A stretch of 64,000 bases of DNA from Felis catus (lineage: Eukaryota), in contig NC_058368.1 in NCBI RefSeq assembly GCF_018350175.1, positions 175,214,001 through 175,278,000 of the forward strand, given 5' to 3'. Every line of letters starts with the position of its first letter. Position 1 is the first letter of the stretch. Below, in pieces: positions 60,851-64,000 of the stretch. The position numbers and the translations under genes are program-made. The notes below the pieces were generated by a model that worked only from the letters and a program-made list of their open reading frames with translations, did not search any database and was not told the origin of the DNA.

Positions 60851-61044
60851 GGAGGCGTCTGGGTGGCTCAGTTGGTTAAGCGTCTTACTTCAGCTCAGGT
60901 CATGATCTCACGGTTCATGAGTTTGAGCCCCACATCGGGCTCTCTGCTGTCAGTGCAGAGGCTGCTTGAGATCTTCTGTGTCCCTCTCTCTCTGCCCCTC
61001 CCCTGCTTATGTGCTCTTTCTCAAAAGTAAATAAACATTTCTAA
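60851..61044 (+). mobile_element. CAN-SINE, older
   Basis: Flanked by tgaacataaa copies. Confidence 0.92.
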
Positions 61045-61244
61045 AACTGAACATAAAATGTGCATTCCAGTCTGTAATATATCATGTTTATTTTAATCAT
61101 TGAAAATTTCCCTCGACGTAATTTTAAAAACCTCAAAGCTTCAGGAAGAGCTTTATCCTCCAAATGTATATAGCCATCCTCTAAAACACCCTCAGAATCC
61201 CCGTATGGGTGCCTAAGCATCCCACTTTAAAAAGCATAATTCAG

Positions 61245-61467
61245 GGGGCGCCTGGGTGGCGCAGTCGGTTAAGCGTCCGACTTCAGCCAGGTCACGATCT
61301 CGCGGTCCGTGAGTTCGAGCCCCGCGTCAGGCTCTGAGCTGATGGCTCGGAGCCTGGAGCCTGTTTCCAATTCTGTGTCTCCCTCTCTCTCTGCCCCTCG
61401 CCCGTTCATGCTCTGTCTCTCTCTGTCCCAAAAATAAATAAAAACGTTGAAAAAAAATTTTTAAAAA

Positions 61468-61494
<27 letters not shown>
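61245..61494 (+). mobile_element. CAN-SINE (young SINEC_Fc)
   Basis: Long patterned A tail; TSD aaaaagcataattcag. Confidence 0.97.
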
Positions 61495-61499
<5 letters not shown>

Positions 61500-62499
61500 G
61501 CATAATTCAGGATAAGAGACAATGACAGAAACAGCTACTACTGATTGATTCCACATTCGGTGTTCAACTTGCATTTTCTCATTTGACCATTTCCAATACA
61601 TTACGAGGTAGGAATTATTTCTTCTGTCTTGCAGATGAGGATGTCAAGCCTCCGGGAGATTAAATGCCTGACCCAAATGGACACAGCGTGGAACAGCTAA
61701 GTGAGAAATTGAATCCATATGCAAAAGTCAGATTTACTCACCAGGTTATAAGGCTTCCCCGATGCATGTCAGGTGCCTGGCCCAGTGTCTGCCCAATTCT
61801 CATTGTCGCTACCCTGTGGTGTGCGGTAGTCAGCCAGCATCCCCAGGAATGGGTATCAGAAAGCCGTGCCCTCCGGACTATGAGCAGGGCTCTCATCAGG
61901 CAGAGACATGACTAGGATAATTTTGCCTCTTGCTCATCAGTTGAGACTAAATCTCTGTCTTTCTCTCTGCCTCCTTTTGGATCAGATAGCTGTAGATCTG
62001 TCCATCCATCCACCCAACCACTTGTCAGCAGAAGGCACCTGCTCTGGGCCAGCCAATACCTGTCCCTTGACTTCCACCAGCCGGAGACTGAGGACGGTGC
62101 TACACTGCCTCTAGCACTAGCCTCATCGAGGCCACCCTGAGAACAAATGAAGCCACTCAGCCTGTGACACAACCCCGAAGTTATCACCTTCCCTCCCCCC
62201 GTCCCCAACCTGCTCCATTCATAGCCTGCGTAGTGGTCTCGCCACCTAGAGTGATTAGTTCTGGTGTGGACACAAGCAAACATCCTGAGAAGTTCGCCAC
62301 ACGCTGCATCTCAGCCGATGCGGCGAAGGTCCTCTTTCTATCCTGGTGAAGAAGGAAGGTGTAATTGGACGGGCGCCATTTTGCAGCCCCCGATGAAAGA
62401 ATGGATTTTGTCGTTAATGATGGGAGGACGTGAACCTCAGGAAAAGAGTACGGTCGGATCTGAGCTGCGTCCTGCCCACAGTTCAGCATACACGGTCGG

Positions 62500-63480
62500 G
62501 CTACCTAAGCAGCAAATCTAGACCTGTGAAGCATCTAGGGCCAGCCACCAAATTACAGGAAATACAGAGGACAAAGGAACTTGTTAAATGCTACCAAGGG
62601 AATGCAGCTAGCAAAGTCGAGCTTGTGGGAAACTCAAGAGGGCAAATGACTCAGTTCCTTCGGCGACAATAAATTGCAGGATGATGGAGACGGAATCTAC
62701 AGTTTAAAAAGAGTCTTAGGGCGCAACTAACCGATCAGAGTGGGTTTTACTTGGACCCCAATTCAAACAAATAAGCTATAAGACAACTGGGAGGTATAAA
62801 CACTGACTAGGTGATCAATGATGTGAAGAAATCACTGTTGACTGTTTGGGGCTATGATGATGGTATTGTGATTTTATCTCAGACGGGGAGCTTTTGTCCT
62901 AGAAACAGAGAGGAGGATGGCGGTTGCCAGGGGCTGGGGAAGGGGGAAACGGGAAGATATTGGCCAAGGGTGCAAATTTTCATTTACGCCCAGTGAATAG
63001 TTAACAAGACCGTCCTGTGTACTTGGAATTGCCAAGAGGGTAGATTTTAAATCTTCTCACTACACACACACACACACACACACACCACACACAAATGGTG
63101 AACATGGAGAGGTGGTCGATGTGTTAATTAGCTGGATCGTGGTGATCGTTCACAATGTATATGTATCTCAAAACATCAAGGTGGATGGCTTACCCATCTA
63201 CAAGTTTTACATGTCAGTGACATCTCAATAAAGCTGTTAAAATACAACAGGAGTTTTTGCTTTTCAAGATGCACACTGAAATATTTGCAGATGAAATGAT
63301 AGGATGTTTGGGATTCACTTCAAAATCATCCAAGGTACAGATGGGAGGGGGGTGTGGATGACAAAAGGTTATTCACGGATGACAATTGTCAGAGTTGGAT
63401 GATGGCTGTATTGGGGTGTGATATCCTATTCTCTCTAGTTCTTTATGTGTCTTTTAAATACACTGTAATTTTTTAAAGCT
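62500..63480 (+). mobile_element. Old L1 3' UTR fragments (nested L1ME/L1MA-like ends)
   Basis: ttgccaagagggtagattttaaatcttctcac...catctcaataaagctg; gaaatatttgcagatgaaatgataggatgtttgggatt. Confidence 0.7.
63062..63093. repeat. (CA)n microsatellite within L1 3' end
   Basis: Direct reading. Confidence 0.9.
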
Positions 63481-63491
63481 TTGAAAAATAA

Positions 63492-63703
63492 GGGGCACCC
63501 GGGTGGCTCAGTCAGTGAAGCGTCTGACTCTTGCTTTGGGCTCAGGTCATGATCTCACGGTTCATGAGTTCGAGCCCTGCATTGGGCTCTGCGTTGACAT
63601 CACGGGGCCTGCTGGGATTCTCTCGCTCCCTCTCTCTGCCCCTCCCCTGCTCATGCTCACGCTCTCTCTCAAAATAAGTAAATAAACTTAAAAAAAAAAA
63701 AAA
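63492..63703 (+). mobile_element. CAN-SINE, older
   Basis: Full length with A tail. Confidence 0.93.
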
Positions 63704-63924
63704 ACACCAACTTTGAATACTAATGTCTTCATCAAGAATCACTAACAAATACTTTGTCAGCACCTACTCTGTGTTGTGCACTAGTCTAGGTACTTGAAAC
63801 ACATCAGCAACAAAACAAAGATTCCTGCTCATCAGCCCAGGCTTTGGAGTCCAAGAGGCCTGAATCCAAATCCCTGCTCTGTCCCTTAATAGATGTGTGA
63901 CTTTTACACTTCCACTCTGTCATC

Positions 63925-64000
63925 TTTTTTTTTTTTTTTTAACATTTATTTATTTTTGAGACAGAGAGAGACAGAGCATGAACAGGGGAGGGTCAGAGAG
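63925..64000 (-). mobile_element. CAN-SINE 3' end (runs off window)
   Basis: poly-T, aacatttatttatttttgagacagagagagacagagcatgaac. Confidence 0.92.

Noticed and set aside
1459..63703. tRNA-like A-box/B-box sequences as tRNA genes
   Set aside because: They are the tRNA-derived heads of CAN-SINEs, each followed by (CT)n and an A tail.
1345..64000. Recurrent ORFs MAQSVKRPTSAQV..., MGQRETEHERGRG... and ...GAPGWRSRLSVRLQPG...
   Set aside because: These are translations of CAN-SINE copies in different frames, not a gene family.
1..64000. Naming the genomic locus or host gene
   Set aside because: There is no recognisable exon. The pattern of candidate enhancers suggests a developmental-gene neighbourhood, but it cannot be assigned without alignment.

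Overview
Mammalian, almost certainly felid (cat-type), non-coding genomic DNA. It is either intergenic or deep inside a large intron; I cannot name the locus. I recognise no protein-coding gene, rRNA, true tRNA or CRISPR array. The long ORFs in the track are artefacts of purine-free repeats or CAN-SINE translations. About 42 tRNA-derived CAN-SINE (SINEC_Fc-type) copies, many with clear target-site duplications (TSDs), are layered on older MaLR/ERVL LTRs, L1, L2, MIR and hAT fossils. Most notable: (1) a ~965-bp almost purine-free (TTC)n tract with higher-order duplication, and a second ~360-bp TCC/TTC tract inside an LTR; (2) a repeat-free motif-dense block at ~22 kb followed by two candidate spliced exons that join in an open frame; (3) a 20-bp minisatellite apparently born from the 3' tip of a tiny feline L1 insertion; (4) an orphan CpG-rich island at ~41.6-43.4 kb; (5) several unusual SINE insertion architectures. 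I found no convincing novel biological system; the findings are hypotheses. Repeat family names come from recalled consensus motifs, not a database search, and boundaries of old repeats are approximate.
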